Shown one piece after another: positions 29,796-39,221 of a DNA stretch of 64,000 nt. The notes beneath the pieces are model-generated. The model had not been told where the DNA came from and made no database searches. It saw only the letters and a program-made list of their open reading frames with translations. The position numbers and the translations under genes were made by a program. Location of the stretch: the NCBI GenBank assembly GCA_965223265.1, contig OZ244999.1:7616001-7680000 (forward strand), in the 5' to 3' direction. This DNA is from Planctomycetota bacterium (GTDB lineage: Bacteria > Planctomycetota > UBA8108 > SXIK01). Within the stretch, counting starts at the first letter, position 1. Each line of letters starts with the position of its first letter.

Positions 29796-30641
29796 ATGAC
29801 CGCAACGCCACTCACCCAAGCGCAGCTGAAGCGCTACGAGTCTGACGGTTTCCTTCGACTCGACGGCTACTTCAGCAGCGAAGAAATCTCGCTCCTGCAC
29901 CAGGCGGCAACCACCGACCGCGAGCTCGACCGGCACTCGTCTGGACGCGCCGATGGAGAAGGCGGAACAGTTCGCCTGTCGCTCTGGAATCATCCTGGCG
30001 ACGGCATCTACGGCATGTTCGCACGCTGTCACCGCATCGTCGACGTTGCCGAACAGATTCTCGGTGGTGAGGTCTACCACTACCATTCGAAGATGATCAT
30101 GAAGGACGCCAAGATCGGCGGCGCTTGGGCCTGGCACCAGGACTACGGCTACTGGTATCAAAACGGCGTTCTCTTTCCGCTCTTGACCAGCGTCATGATC
30201 GCAGTCGACCGTGCGACTAAAGAAAACGGCTGCCTACAAGTGCTACGCGGATCACACCGCATGGGTCGAGTCGAACACCAACTGACGGGCGACCAAGCCG
30301 GCGCTGATCCCGAGCGCGTGCGAGAGGCAGCAGCCCGCCTCGAGACGGTGCACTGCGAGTTAGAACCAGGAGATGCTCTCTTTTTTCATTGCAACCTTCT
30401 CCACCGCTCCGACCAGAACCGCTCGAACCACGCGCGTTGGTCGATGGTCTGCTGCTACAATGCGGCGCGCAACGATCCGTACAGGGACTCGCACCACCCA
30501 CGCTACACCCCCCTCGTCAAAGTGGCCGACAGCGCGATCGTCGAGGTCGGCGTCCGGCACTTCGCACCTGGTGACGACCGCGTCGACTGGCTCGATCACA
30601 AGAAGGACCGCAGCGCCCGCAGCCTTTCCGGCGATGCCTGA
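29796..30641 (+). CDS. Phytanoyl-CoA dioxygenase (PhyH) family Fe(II)/2-oxoglutarate dioxygenase
   Basis: WHQDYGYW (HxD), NGCLQVLRGSH, HCNLLHRSDQNRS. Confidence 0.92.
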   Translation: MTATPLTQAQLKRYESDGFLRLDGYFSSEEISLLHQAATTDRELDRHSSGRADGEGGTVRLSLWNHPGDGIYGMFARCHRIVDVAEQILGGEVYHYHSKMIMKDAKIGGAWAWHQDYGYWYQNGVLFPLLTSVMIAVDRATKENGCLQVLRGSHRMGRVEHQLTGDQAGADPERVREAAARLETVHCELEPGDALFFHCNLLHRSDQNRSNHARWSMVCCYNAARNDPYRDSHHPRYTPLVKVADSAIVEVGVRHFAPGDDRVDWLDHKKDRSARSLSGDA

Positions 30642-30658
30642 GAGAGAGGCGGGCAGGA

Positions 30659-31198
30659 ATGATCCTTGACGGTGAGTTTCTGACACACGGCACCGTCTGG
30701 CTCGCTGTCAGCTTCTACTATTTGGCGCTCGTGCTGAAACTTTTCTGCGCCCCTCGCAGCCACGAAACGCCACGCCGCGTTTGGAGTCTCGCGTTCCTCC
30801 TCTACGTCGCCCACGTCGTCTGCGCCTTTCACTTCTACCACGACTGGAGCCATGCCGCGGCCTACGAGGCGACGGCCGAGCGCACTGCGGCAGTCGCCGG
30901 GCTCGAATGGGGAGGAGGGCTGTACTGGAACTATGCCTTCACGCTCTTATGGTTCGTCGACGTCATCTGGTCGTGGGGCGCGCGCCGCACGTGGATCGAC
31001 TCGCCGCAGCTGACCGGGGTTCAAACTTCACGCAGTTGGATCGCCTGGGCTGTGCATGCCTTCCTATTCTTCATGGTGTTTCAAGCTACGGTCGTCTTCG
31101 GATCGTCACTCGTGCGCTGGCTCGGACTCGCCGCGGCTCTGCTGCTCGTGTCCGCGACCATCAGAGCGCGTCGGAGGCGCATCTCAAAGGGCTGTTAA
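30659..31198 (+). CDS. Hypothetical integral membrane protein (about 5 TM helices, His-rich)
   Basis: Alternating hydrophobic helices; AHVVCAFHFYHDWSH and WAVHAF segments; begins 17 nt after the PhyH gene. Confidence 0.75.
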   Translation: MILDGEFLTHGTVWLAVSFYYLALVLKLFCAPRSHETPRRVWSLAFLLYVAHVVCAFHFYHDWSHAAAYEATAERTAAVAGLEWGGGLYWNYAFTLLWFVDVIWSWGARRTWIDSPQLTGVQTSRSWIAWAVHAFLFFMVFQATVVFGSSLVRWLGLAAALLLVSATIRARRRRISKGC

Positions 31199-31256
31199 AC
31201 GTAAAACGGGTACACCGAGGCCGCTCGCGTGATCGCTACACCGACACGCTGCGCGA

Positions 31257-32477
31257 TCAAGGAATCTCCTGGTACCCCGTCGAGACCAGCGCGCCGCGGC
31301 TATCGTTGAGACGCAAGAAGTACGTGATGCCTTCTGTCTGGGGGAGGGTCGCACGAATCCCGTTCTCGTCGATCAGAGCAAAACGCAGCTTCCACTGCCG
31401 TTTTTCCCATGCGCCTTGATCGAGGGTGTAGTGGAGCCGCGCCTCGACAATTTGTGTCTCGCCGTCAACAGCCGCGCTAACGATCATTCCGTCCCGCTTG
31501 ATCTCACCCAGACGCGGCAACTTTTGCCCATCGATGAGTACCGACTTGACAAACATGTGAATCTCTTTCGTCGACCAGCCGTGGCGATGTCCGTGTCCCA
31601 TCCCCTGACGCACTGCGAGCTGTCTAGGGCCTTGGGTCAACGACCAACTGCGTTGAAACAGATCGAGGCGTCCGAACGGATCGTTGGTACCGTTGACGAA
31701 AATCATCGGCAACTTGACGCGCGGAAGATAGCTCGACGGGTCGAACGTCTTGATCCACAGTTCTCGCTGCTGCTTCTCAAGCGCGGCTAGCGGCTCTTTC
31801 GCAACGTGCTCGTGTAGGTACGCGCCGCCGTAAACCGCGGCCGCGACCTTCACCCGCGGTTCGATGGCTGCAAGGATGCATGCAAACGACGCTCCCCATT
31901 CAATCCCTGCGACACCGATCTTTGTCGGATCAACTTCTGGCAAGCTGCTGAGGAGCGAAACGCCCAGGATGGCTCTAGCGACCGCAGCGTGCGGCCATGT
32001 CGTCTCCACACCTTGCTTGACGGCATCGAACGTCATCGCCGAAGAATCGACCGGGCCGCCATCAGGAATCGGCCGCCCACGTGGCCCCTGACCGTTGAGA
32101 TCGATCGCCAAGGCGGCAACGTCGATCCGCGACCAATGGTCGGCCCACTCCAGGAAGGCGCGCCCGCCTTTGCCGTGAAGCAGGAGCATTGCCGGACCGG
32201 GCTTGTCTACGTCCTTGGGTTTCGAATAGATCGCGTACACCCGCGTCGAGGCACCCTCGTAACTCGGTCCTTCGTAAAAGAGAAAAGAGGTGCGGCCACG
32301 CTCATGCACGACCTCGTAGCGAGGAGGCTTCGAAAGCGCTTTCAAATCCCACGCCGAGCCTGCGCTGTTCTCATTCGCCTCGGCATGGACTGACGACGTG
32401 ACGGACGTGACAACAAAGAGAACGAAAACCGGCAGCGCGGACAACGCGAGCGAACGCCGGCAGCTACGAAGCGCCAT
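31257..32477 (-). CDS. Secreted alpha/beta-hydrolase (acetylxylan esterase/dienelactone hydrolase-like) with an atypical nucleophile elbow
   Basis: Signal peptide; PAMLLLHGKGG, EVDPTKIGVAGIEWG, NGTND, MGHGH. Confidence 0.82.
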   Translation of the reverse strand: MALRSCRRSLALSALPVFVLFVVTSVTSSVHAEANENSAGSAWDLKALSKPPRYEVVHERGRTSFLFYEGPSYEGASTRVYAIYSKPKDVDKPGPAMLLLHGKGGRAFLEWADHWSRIDVAALAIDLNGQGPRGRPIPDGGPVDSSAMTFDAVKQGVETTWPHAAVARAILGVSLLSSLPEVDPTKIGVAGIEWGASFACILAAIEPRVKVAAAVYGGAYLHEHVAKEPLAALEKQQRELWIKTFDPSSYLPRVKLPMIFVNGTNDPFGRLDLFQRSWSLTQGPRQLAVRQGMGHGHRHGWSTKEIHMFVKSVLIDGQKLPRLGEIKRDGMIVSAAVDGETQIVEARLHYTLDQGAWEKRQWKLRFALIDENGIRATLPQTEGITYFLRLNDSRGALVSTGYQEIP

Positions 32478-32780
32478 GAGTCTTCACCTCGAGAATGGAA
32501 CTGTTGCGAGTGGCAGGGAGAGAGCCTTCAATTGTAACCCGAACATCGTCCTACAAGCTGTTTGCCGCGGTCGGTCATTTGGGTTTCGGCCGCGGTGACA
32601 CCCAAGAGGATTGCTGTAAGTTGTGACGACGACAAGGAAAAGAGCCTGCGTGCAGGTGAACACGAAGCGGCGTGCGCAGGGCGCGAACCCAGGAAGAAAA
32701 CAGAGACTGTGCGCGGCGCCGCGGTTTTGGTACCGTGCCGACGCCGAATTTCGGATAGCAGTTTGAAGTGACCGGTGAAG

Positions 32781-32812
32781 GAGTGAGGAGAGAAGAGAGT
32801 GAGGAGAGAAGA
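32781..32812 (+). repeat. Perfect 16-bp purine-rich tandem duplication (GAGTGAGGAGAGAAGA x2) covering a ribosome-binding site
   Basis: 32781-32796 is identical to 32797-32812; ATG follows at 32814. Confidence 0.8.
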
Positions 32813-32813
32813 G

Positions 32814-34031
32814 ATGGTGAGGGTGGTCTTGGGTGTGGAGCTTGTGCGTCCGGAGGTCATCCTCGCGGTGGTCCTCGTCTCACAACTGGTGCCATCGCCG
32901 TCCTTGGGGAGTCCGGGCGCAGACAGGGCGCCGATCGCTTGCGAGGAGACGCCCACGTTCGGCGGCGGCATCGGCGTCGCCGTGCTGGTCGCTAGAGCGA
33001 TTAGCTGCGGCCCCGGCATGGATTTCGTGGCCGATGTTGCGGCACAGGGCGGCGCGATGTCCGACAACGCCAGGGTCTGCGACGCTACGGCCGACGAGTT
33101 GGTCGATGCGCAGGATGTCGCCTTTCTTGTGACACGCTCTTTTTGTCACCTGACGCCCGCGGTGATGCCGCTCGGCGATTCGCAGAGAGTGCACTTAAGA
33201 CCCGACCCCGCAGACGAACGTCAACGCGATGGCGCCTTTAGGGTCCGCATCGATCCCAGACCTGCCACACACTCTAATACCGCCGCCAACACTGCCTCAA
33301 ACGTCACCGTCACCGGCACCGGCCCCTTCACCGCCGCCGCCGTCAACAACGCTCAGCGATCAACGCTGCAGCAAACCGCGGCGCACGCTGCCGTCGACGT
33401 GGTCGCAACCAAAGTAGTTCCGGTCGTCGATCACGTCGACCACGAAACAACTCCGGAGATTTGGTTCGGCGAGGTTCGCCTGCGCCGCACGACCCGATCT
33501 GGCCCCGGCAGCGTGTCCGCAGCACCGGCGATGCGTGCGCGCCTCGTGATCGCGCGCCAGCGAAACGGGGAACTCGAGCTGTTGCCGCGAATTCCTGCAC
33601 GGCTCCGGAGCTCAGAGTCGCGCCCAAATGAAACGGTTGGCGGCGGCGAGAATCCTATCGTGCCACTCGTCTCGTCACCGACGCCCCTACGAGTGCTCTC
33701 GCCGCCCTCAAACGACGCGGTCGGAGCTGAGATATGGGCGCCGTTCGACGAGCAGCCACGCCGCTACCGAGCGCGGTTCTTTCCGGGCGAAGGCGGCGAC
33801 GAAAACCTGCACCGAAGGATGACACTCCGATTCGCGGCCGGCGGCGGCGCTGCCTCTGTCGATCCGTGGTCCACGTCAGCCCAGCTGAGCGGGAAATTCG
33901 AGGAGACACTGGCGACCGTCAACGATGCTGTGACGGTTCGTGGCCGATTCTGGCTTCGACGCCAAAGCTCAGGCCGACCGGCGGTTTCACCTCAGCAGCG
34001 GCGAGGAACGGCAGCACGAACAGCACCGTGA
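32814..34031 (+). CDS. Hypothetical protein, possibly secreted, with a degenerate dockerin-like motif
   Basis: About 405 aa ORF filling the gap before the PSD1 gene; hydrophobic N-terminus; CDATADELVDAQDVAFLV resembles a dockerin EF-hand; beta-rich C-terminus. Confidence 0.55.
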   Translation: MVRVVLGVELVRPEVILAVVLVSQLVPSPSLGSPGADRAPIACEETPTFGGGIGVAVLVARAISCGPGMDFVADVAAQGGAMSDNARVCDATADELVDAQDVAFLVTRSFCHLTPAVMPLGDSQRVHLRPDPADERQRDGAFRVRIDPRPATHSNTAANTASNVTVTGTGPFTAAAVNNAQRSTLQQTAAHAAVDVVATKVVPVVDHVDHETTPEIWFGEVRLRRTTRSGPGSVSAAPAMRARLVIARQRNGELELLPRIPARLRSSESRPNETVGGGENPIVPLVSSPTPLRVLSPPSNDAVGAEIWAPFDEQPRRYRARFFPGEGGDENLHRRMTLRFAAGGGAASVDPWSTSAQLSGKFEETLATVNDAVTVRGRFWLRRQSSGRPAVSPQQRRGTAARTAP

Positions 34032-34122
34032 CCCGCGTAATCGTTCGGCAAGATTCTTGCGTCGTTTTGACGACTCAGGGAGACTCTCATCATCTGCTGC
34101 CCCGAGAAACTCCTCTGGATCC

Positions 34123-37100
34123 ATGCGCACACGACAACTGCCCCACGCCGCGTTTTTCACGGCTGTCTTTGTTTCTCTAGCGATGACAACGTCGTCGTTG
34201 CCTACCCCGGGCGACGCCGCGGAAGCCGCTGGCGACGAAGTCGCCTCCGACACCGGCACCGACACATCGGCACAGTCACGGACTCACGCTGCCGCCCCGT
34301 CTCACTGGGCGTTTCAGCCTCTGGTAAAACCTACGCTGCCGACGGTCATCGACGATCGCTGGCCGCGGGGCGCGATCGATCGATTCGTGCTCGCCCGACT
34401 CGAGCATGAACGGCTGATACCCGCGCCGGAAGCGGACCGCTACACGCTCGCCCGACGTGTCAGCCTCGCCCTCACTGGTTTGCCGCCAACGCCAGAGGCA
34501 GTCGACGCATTCGTCACCGACGAGAATCCTCGCGCCTACAGCAAATTCGTCGACCGCTTGCTCGCTTCGTCGGCATTCGGCGAGCGCTGGGGACGCGTCT
34601 GGTTGGATTTGGCGCGCTACGCCGACTCGAAGGGCTACTCGTCGGATCCGCTGCGTCGCATTTGGCGCTATCGCGATTGGGTGATCGACGCGTTCAACCG
34701 CGATCTCGGCTACGACGAATTCACTCGCGAACAAATAGCGGGCGATTTGCTTCCCAAGGCGACGACTGAACAGATCCTCGCGACGGCGTTCCACCGCAAC
34801 ACCATGACCAACGACGAAGGCGGCACAGACAACGAAGAGTTTCGTGTCGCGGCGGTCATGGACCGCGTCAACACCACCGTGCAGGTTTGGATGGGGCTCA
34901 CGATGGGATGCGCTAGCTGCCACACGCACAAGTACGACCCGATCACGCAGCGCGATTACTACGAGTTCTTCGCCTTCTTCAACAACACCGAAGATGCCGA
35001 TACGCCGGATGAAGCGCCTCGTTTGCGAACACCGACCGAGGCACAAGTACGAGAGTTCGCCGCGTTGGAAATCGAACGGCAACGGCTCGATGTGGAGTTG
35101 AGTGAAAGCGAATTCGCAGCGCTCGAAGAGAAGTGGCAAGCGGCAGTCGAAAGTCAGGATCAGAGTTGGACGATATTGCCAGGCGTACAGATTGATTCGC
35201 AGAGCGGCGCACAGTTTCGTGAGCTCGCAGACAACTCTCTCGTAACCGTCGATGGCAGTGATGAAAACGATGTCTACACATTTGAGTGGCAGGGCGATCT
35301 CGAAGGTGTGACCGCAGTGCGCATCGAAGCGCTGCCGCAGGAGGAAGACGACTCCAACGTTCGAGAGCTCGGGCGCCGAAGGGGCGTGTTCAACATTGAG
35401 GAATTCCAGCTCGCATACAAGCAGCCTTCGGACGAGGCGGCGACGCTCGCAGCACGCTACGTGCGACTGGAGGCCAAGAGCGTCAACGAGTCGCTGGCGC
35501 TGGCTGAGGTCGAGGTCTATGGCGGCGCAGAGAACTTCGCCCGACGCGGCAAAGCAATGCAGTCGAGCACGGCGGCAGGCGGCGAAGCTCGACGAGCTCG
35601 CGACGGAGACACCGGCGTGGTTTCCACCAGTCGCACGGAAGCGGAGCGAAACCCTTGGTGGGAGATCGCTCTTGACGACGAACGCTCGATTGATCGCGTT
35701 GTCGTCTGGATTGCTGCGGACGACCCGAGCGCCCCGACCGGCGTGGTCGAGCTCGATGCCTTGACGCTCCTCGTGTTCGACAGCGACCGCCGGCTCGTGC
35801 GCCGCGAGCAACTTTCAGCCGAGGGCTCGACGGCGGCTGCATCGAGAGAAGCATCGCCGCGGTACGTTGAAGTCGACGTGGCTGGAGATCGGCAGCTTTT
35901 TCTAAAGAACATCACGGCTTCGACCGACGCCGCAGGAGTGGCCCGGACGCCGAACGCAAGGGATGACCGAGATGCGGAGCGCCGTGAAACTGGAGCGGCG
36001 AGAACTCGAGGCTGGACGAACGCGCGGCCCGACGATGAGCGCGTGCAAACAGAAACCGCTACCAGTGAGCCTGTTGGAGAAAAGCCCTCGGGCGAGCCAC
36101 GGAGGGAAATCGCTGTCCTGCAGCTGCGCGAGGTGATCGATCGTTCGGCGACCGACAACGACAGGACGAAAGTCCAGTCGGCACCCGCAACGTTGACGCT
36201 GCGGCTTGTCCAGAAGCGAGGCACGCTTCGTCGCGTGCGTCTCGCCGTCAGTCGCGCCGGCGGCTTCGTCCATGCGCTTCCACATGTGGTCCGGCGGACC
36301 CTACACGTGCCGACGCACGAGCGGAGCGCTGCCGAGCTCGCCGTCCTGCGATCCCATTTCGCTGCCATCGTCGATCGCTTCCGCGATCTGGACGCACGCC
36401 GAGCTCGTCTGGACCGCCAGATCGACAAGGCGCGTGCAAGCCATCCGACGACGCCAATCATGCGTGAGCTGCCTGAAGACAAGCGTCGCGCGACGCGGAT
36501 GCTCGTGCGCGGCAATTTTCGCAGCCCCGGCGATGAGGTGCAGCCTGAAGTCTTCAGTGCGTTCCATCCGCTTCCCAAGGGCGCATCAGCGAATCGCCTC
36601 GGGGTCGCCGAGTGGCTCCTCGACGCCGAGAACCCGCTCACCGCACGCGTCACCGTCAATCGACTCTGGTCCCGAGTCTTCGGAGCCGGCATCGTTGTCA
36701 CCGAAGAGGACTTCGGCACGCAAGGAAGCGCGCCAAGTCACCCGAAACTCCTCGACTGGCTCGCCGTTGGATTTCGCGACAACGGCTGGGACGTGAAGCA
36801 CGTCCTACGCCTCATGGTCGAGTCGGCGACGTTTCGCCAACGCTCCCATGTCACACGCGACGACGTCGAGCGCGACCCCGACAATCGACTCCTTTCACGT
36901 GCCAACTCTTTCCGACTCGAGGCCGAAATGGTGCGTGACCAAGCGCTTGCGATCAGTGGACTCCTCAGCCGCAAGATCGGTGGCCCTTCGGTCTATCCGC
37001 CGCAACCTCCGGGACTTTGGCGCGCGGCGTTCAACAGCCGCGATCGCAAGTGGCCGACCAGCAGCGGCGCGGATCGCTATCGCCGTGGTCTCTACACGTT

Positions 37101-37536
37101 TTGGCGCCGCACCATTCCGCATCCCTCGATGGCGACGTTCGACGCACCCAGTCGTGAGATCTGCACGCTGCGCCGCAGCCGTACCAACACGCCGCTGCAA
37201 GCCTTCGTGACCCTCAACGATCCGACTTTCGTCGAGGCCGCCCAAGCACTGGCGCGACGCATTCTGCTGCATGGTACGTCGACAGACGCAGAACGCGCCG
37301 CGTGGGGGCTACGCCTGGCGCTGGCTCGTCCGCCGCGCCAGGAAGCAATCGACGCCGTCGTGCGACTCGTCGAGTCCGAGCGCGAACATTTTCGACGGCA
37401 GAGCGGCGCGGCGGAAAAAGTCGCCACCGATCCCTTGGGTCCGCTACCGACTGGAGTCGAGCCGGCTGAGGCCGCTGCGTGGACCGTTGCATCGAGTGTC
37501 CTTCTCAACCTCGACGGTGTGCTCATGCGGCGGTGA
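34123..37536 (+). CDS. DUF1549/DUF1553 (PSD1) protein with an inserted F-type-lectin/discoidin-like domain
   Basis: HWAFQP, FGERWGRVWLDLARYAD, CASCHTHKYDP, PSHPKLLDWLA, RSRTNTPLQA; insert ARRGKAMQSST...NPWWEIAL...IDRVVVW. Start chosen at ATG 34123. Confidence 0.9.
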   Translation: MRTRQLPHAAFFTAVFVSLAMTTSSLPTPGDAAEAAGDEVASDTGTDTSAQSRTHAAAPSHWAFQPLVKPTLPTVIDDRWPRGAIDRFVLARLEHERLIPAPEADRYTLARRVSLALTGLPPTPEAVDAFVTDENPRAYSKFVDRLLASSAFGERWGRVWLDLARYADSKGYSSDPLRRIWRYRDWVIDAFNRDLGYDEFTREQIAGDLLPKATTEQILATAFHRNTMTNDEGGTDNEEFRVAAVMDRVNTTVQVWMGLTMGCASCHTHKYDPITQRDYYEFFAFFNNTEDADTPDEAPRLRTPTEAQVREFAALEIERQRLDVELSESEFAALEEKWQAAVESQDQSWTILPGVQIDSQSGAQFRELADNSLVTVDGSDENDVYTFEWQGDLEGVTAVRIEALPQEEDDSNVRELGRRRGVFNIEEFQLAYKQPSDEAATLAARYVRLEAKSVNESLALAEVEVYGGAENFARRGKAMQSSTAAGGEARRARDGDTGVVSTSRTEAERNPWWEIALDDERSIDRVVVWIAADDPSAPTGVVELDALTLLVFDSDRRLVRREQLSAEGSTAAASREASPRYVEVDVAGDRQLFLKNITASTDAAGVARTPNARDDRDAERRETGAARTRGWTNARPDDERVQTETATSEPVGEKPSGEPRREIAVLQLREVIDRSATDNDRTKVQSAPATLTLRLVQKRGTLRRVRLAVSRAGGFVHALPHVVRRTLHVPTHERSAAELAVLRSHFAAIVDRFRDLDARRARLDRQIDKARASHPTTPIMRELPEDKRRATRMLVRGNFRSPGDEVQPEVFSAFHPLPKGASANRLGVAEWLLDAENPLTARVTVNRLWSRVFGAGIVVTEEDFGTQGSAPSHPKLLDWLAVGFRDNGWDVKHVLRLMVESATFRQRSHVTRDDVERDPDNRLLSRANSFRLEAEMVRDQALAISGLLSRKIGGPSVYPPQPPGLWRAAFNSRDRKWPTSSGADRYRRGLYTFWRRTIPHPSMATFDAPSREICTLRRSRTNTPLQAFVTLNDPTFVEAAQALARRILLHGTSTDAERAAWGLRLALARPPRQEAIDAVVRLVESEREHFRRQSGAAEKVATDPLGPLPTGVEPAEAAAWTVASSVLLNLDGVLMRR

Positions 37537-37631
37537 CACGCGCAACAAGACGGCCGACGACACGCGGCCGGCCACAATTCCCAAAACTATCGGCGCTGCG
37601 CTGTGACGAGGCGCTACAGAGATAAAAGACC

Positions 37632-39101
37632 ATGAACGCCAATCAAATCGAACTTTCCGGCGTCACGAGGCGACACTTCCTCGGTCGTTCAACAGTGGGT
37701 GTCGGCCACCTGGCTCTCGGGTCATTGCTCGCACGCGACCTGGCCGCCGCGGCAAAACACACTTCCGATCGCACGCGACCTCTCCGTGAGCGATCGCCGC
37801 ACTTCGCACCAAAAGCAAAACGCGTGATCTTCCTGCACATGGCCGGCTCGCCGCCGCAGCAGGAACTCCTCGACTACAAGCCGCAGTTGCAGCGCCACGA
37901 TGGCGAGCTCTGTCCGGAGAGCCTACTGAGGAAGGAGACTTTCGCATTCATTCAAGGCCGACCACGAATGCTGGGGACGCCGTACCGCTTCGAGCGCAGT
38001 GGCGAGAACGGCACCTGGGTGTCTGAACTGCTTCCCAATCTGGCCTCGGTCATCGACGACGTCGCCGTGGTCAACTCGATGCACACAGACCAGTTCAATC
38101 ACGCTCCGGCTCAGCTCCTGCTTTACACAGGCGCGCCGCGCTTCGGGCACGCAGCCATGGGATCGTGGGTCACCTACGGCCTCGGCACCGAGAACGAGGA
38201 CCTGCCCGGTTTCGTCGTGCTACTGTCGGGTGGAACAGACCCGAGCGGCGGCAAAAGCCTCTGGGGAACCGGTTTTCTACCGACGGTGTTTCAAGGCGTG
38301 CAGTGCCGATCAGTCGGCGACCCGATTCTCTACGCCGGCAATCCCGCAGGTATTGACCGCGGCGTGCGGCGGCGAAGTCTCGACGTGCTGAAACGCCTCA
38401 ATGAACTCGATCTTGACGAGTTTGGGGACCCGGAGACATTGACACGCATTGCCCAGTACGAGCTAGCCTACCGCATGCAAGTGACCGTGCCGGACGTCAT
38501 GGACATTTCCCGGGAGTCGGTCGCCACCCGCGAAGCCTACGGCGCCGAAGCAGGAAAGGCGTCCTTTGCGAACAATTGCCTGCTGGCGCGTCGGCTCGTG
38601 GAACGCGGGGTGCGATACGTTCAACTGTTCGACTGGGGCTGGGACTTTCACGGCGTCAGCCTGAACACGGACATCATCAAGACACTGCCAAAGAAGTGCC
38701 GTGAAGTCGATGTCCCGATAGGGGCTCTCCTCCGAGACCTCAAGCGGCGCGGCCTACTCGACGAGACACTCGTCGTGTGGAGCGGCGAGTTCGGCCGCAC
38801 CTCGATGCGAGAGAATCGTGGTGGTCGGTACGGCGAGTACATCGGGCGCGACCACCATCCTCACTGCTTTTCCATCTGGATGGCGGGCGGCGGTATCCGC
38901 GGCGGGATTTCCTACGGTGCCACGGACGAGCTCGGCTATCGGATTGTCGAAAACAAGATGAGCATCGCCGATCTCCACGCGACGATCCTCCACCTCATGG
39001 GTTTCGACGCCCACGAGTTCATCTATCCGCACCAGGGGCTCGACGAACGGTTGATCGGTCCCACTGGCGAAGGAGAAGTGCAGCATGGTCTGCTCGCCTA
39101 G
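37632..39101 (+). CDS. DUF1501 domain-containing protein (Tat-exported)
   Basis: TRRHFL; LHMAGSPPQQELLDYKP, WDFHG, GEFGRT, GRDHH. Confidence 0.93.
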   Translation: MNANQIELSGVTRRHFLGRSTVGVGHLALGSLLARDLAAAAKHTSDRTRPLRERSPHFAPKAKRVIFLHMAGSPPQQELLDYKPQLQRHDGELCPESLLRKETFAFIQGRPRMLGTPYRFERSGENGTWVSELLPNLASVIDDVAVVNSMHTDQFNHAPAQLLLYTGAPRFGHAAMGSWVTYGLGTENEDLPGFVVLLSGGTDPSGGKSLWGTGFLPTVFQGVQCRSVGDPILYAGNPAGIDRGVRRRSLDVLKRLNELDLDEFGDPETLTRIAQYELAYRMQVTVPDVMDISRESVATREAYGAEAGKASFANNCLLARRLVERGVRYVQLFDWGWDFHGVSLNTDIIKTLPKKCREVDVPIGALLRDLKRRGLLDETLVVWSGEFGRTSMRENRGGRYGEYIGRDHHPHCFSIWMAGGGIRGGISYGATDELGYRIVENKMSIADLHATILHLMGFDAHEFIYPHQGLDERLIGPTGEGEVQHGLLA

Positions 39102-39221
39102 ACGACGCGACGGCGCACGCGGGTTGCACGCCAAGCCGCGCCGGCTGCAAGACTCGGGAAGCGATTTCTTGTCGCCGTCGGGGCGGGACGGATGTCCGCC
39201 TGGCGGCGGGTTGGTGCACTC

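Noticed and set aside
34276-36719. Long antisense ORFs (511 aa and 400 aa here; similar ones opposite most genes, e.g. 53204..54394 and 59933..61297)
   Set aside because: Expected shadow ORFs in high-GC coding DNA, lying opposite well-supported genes.
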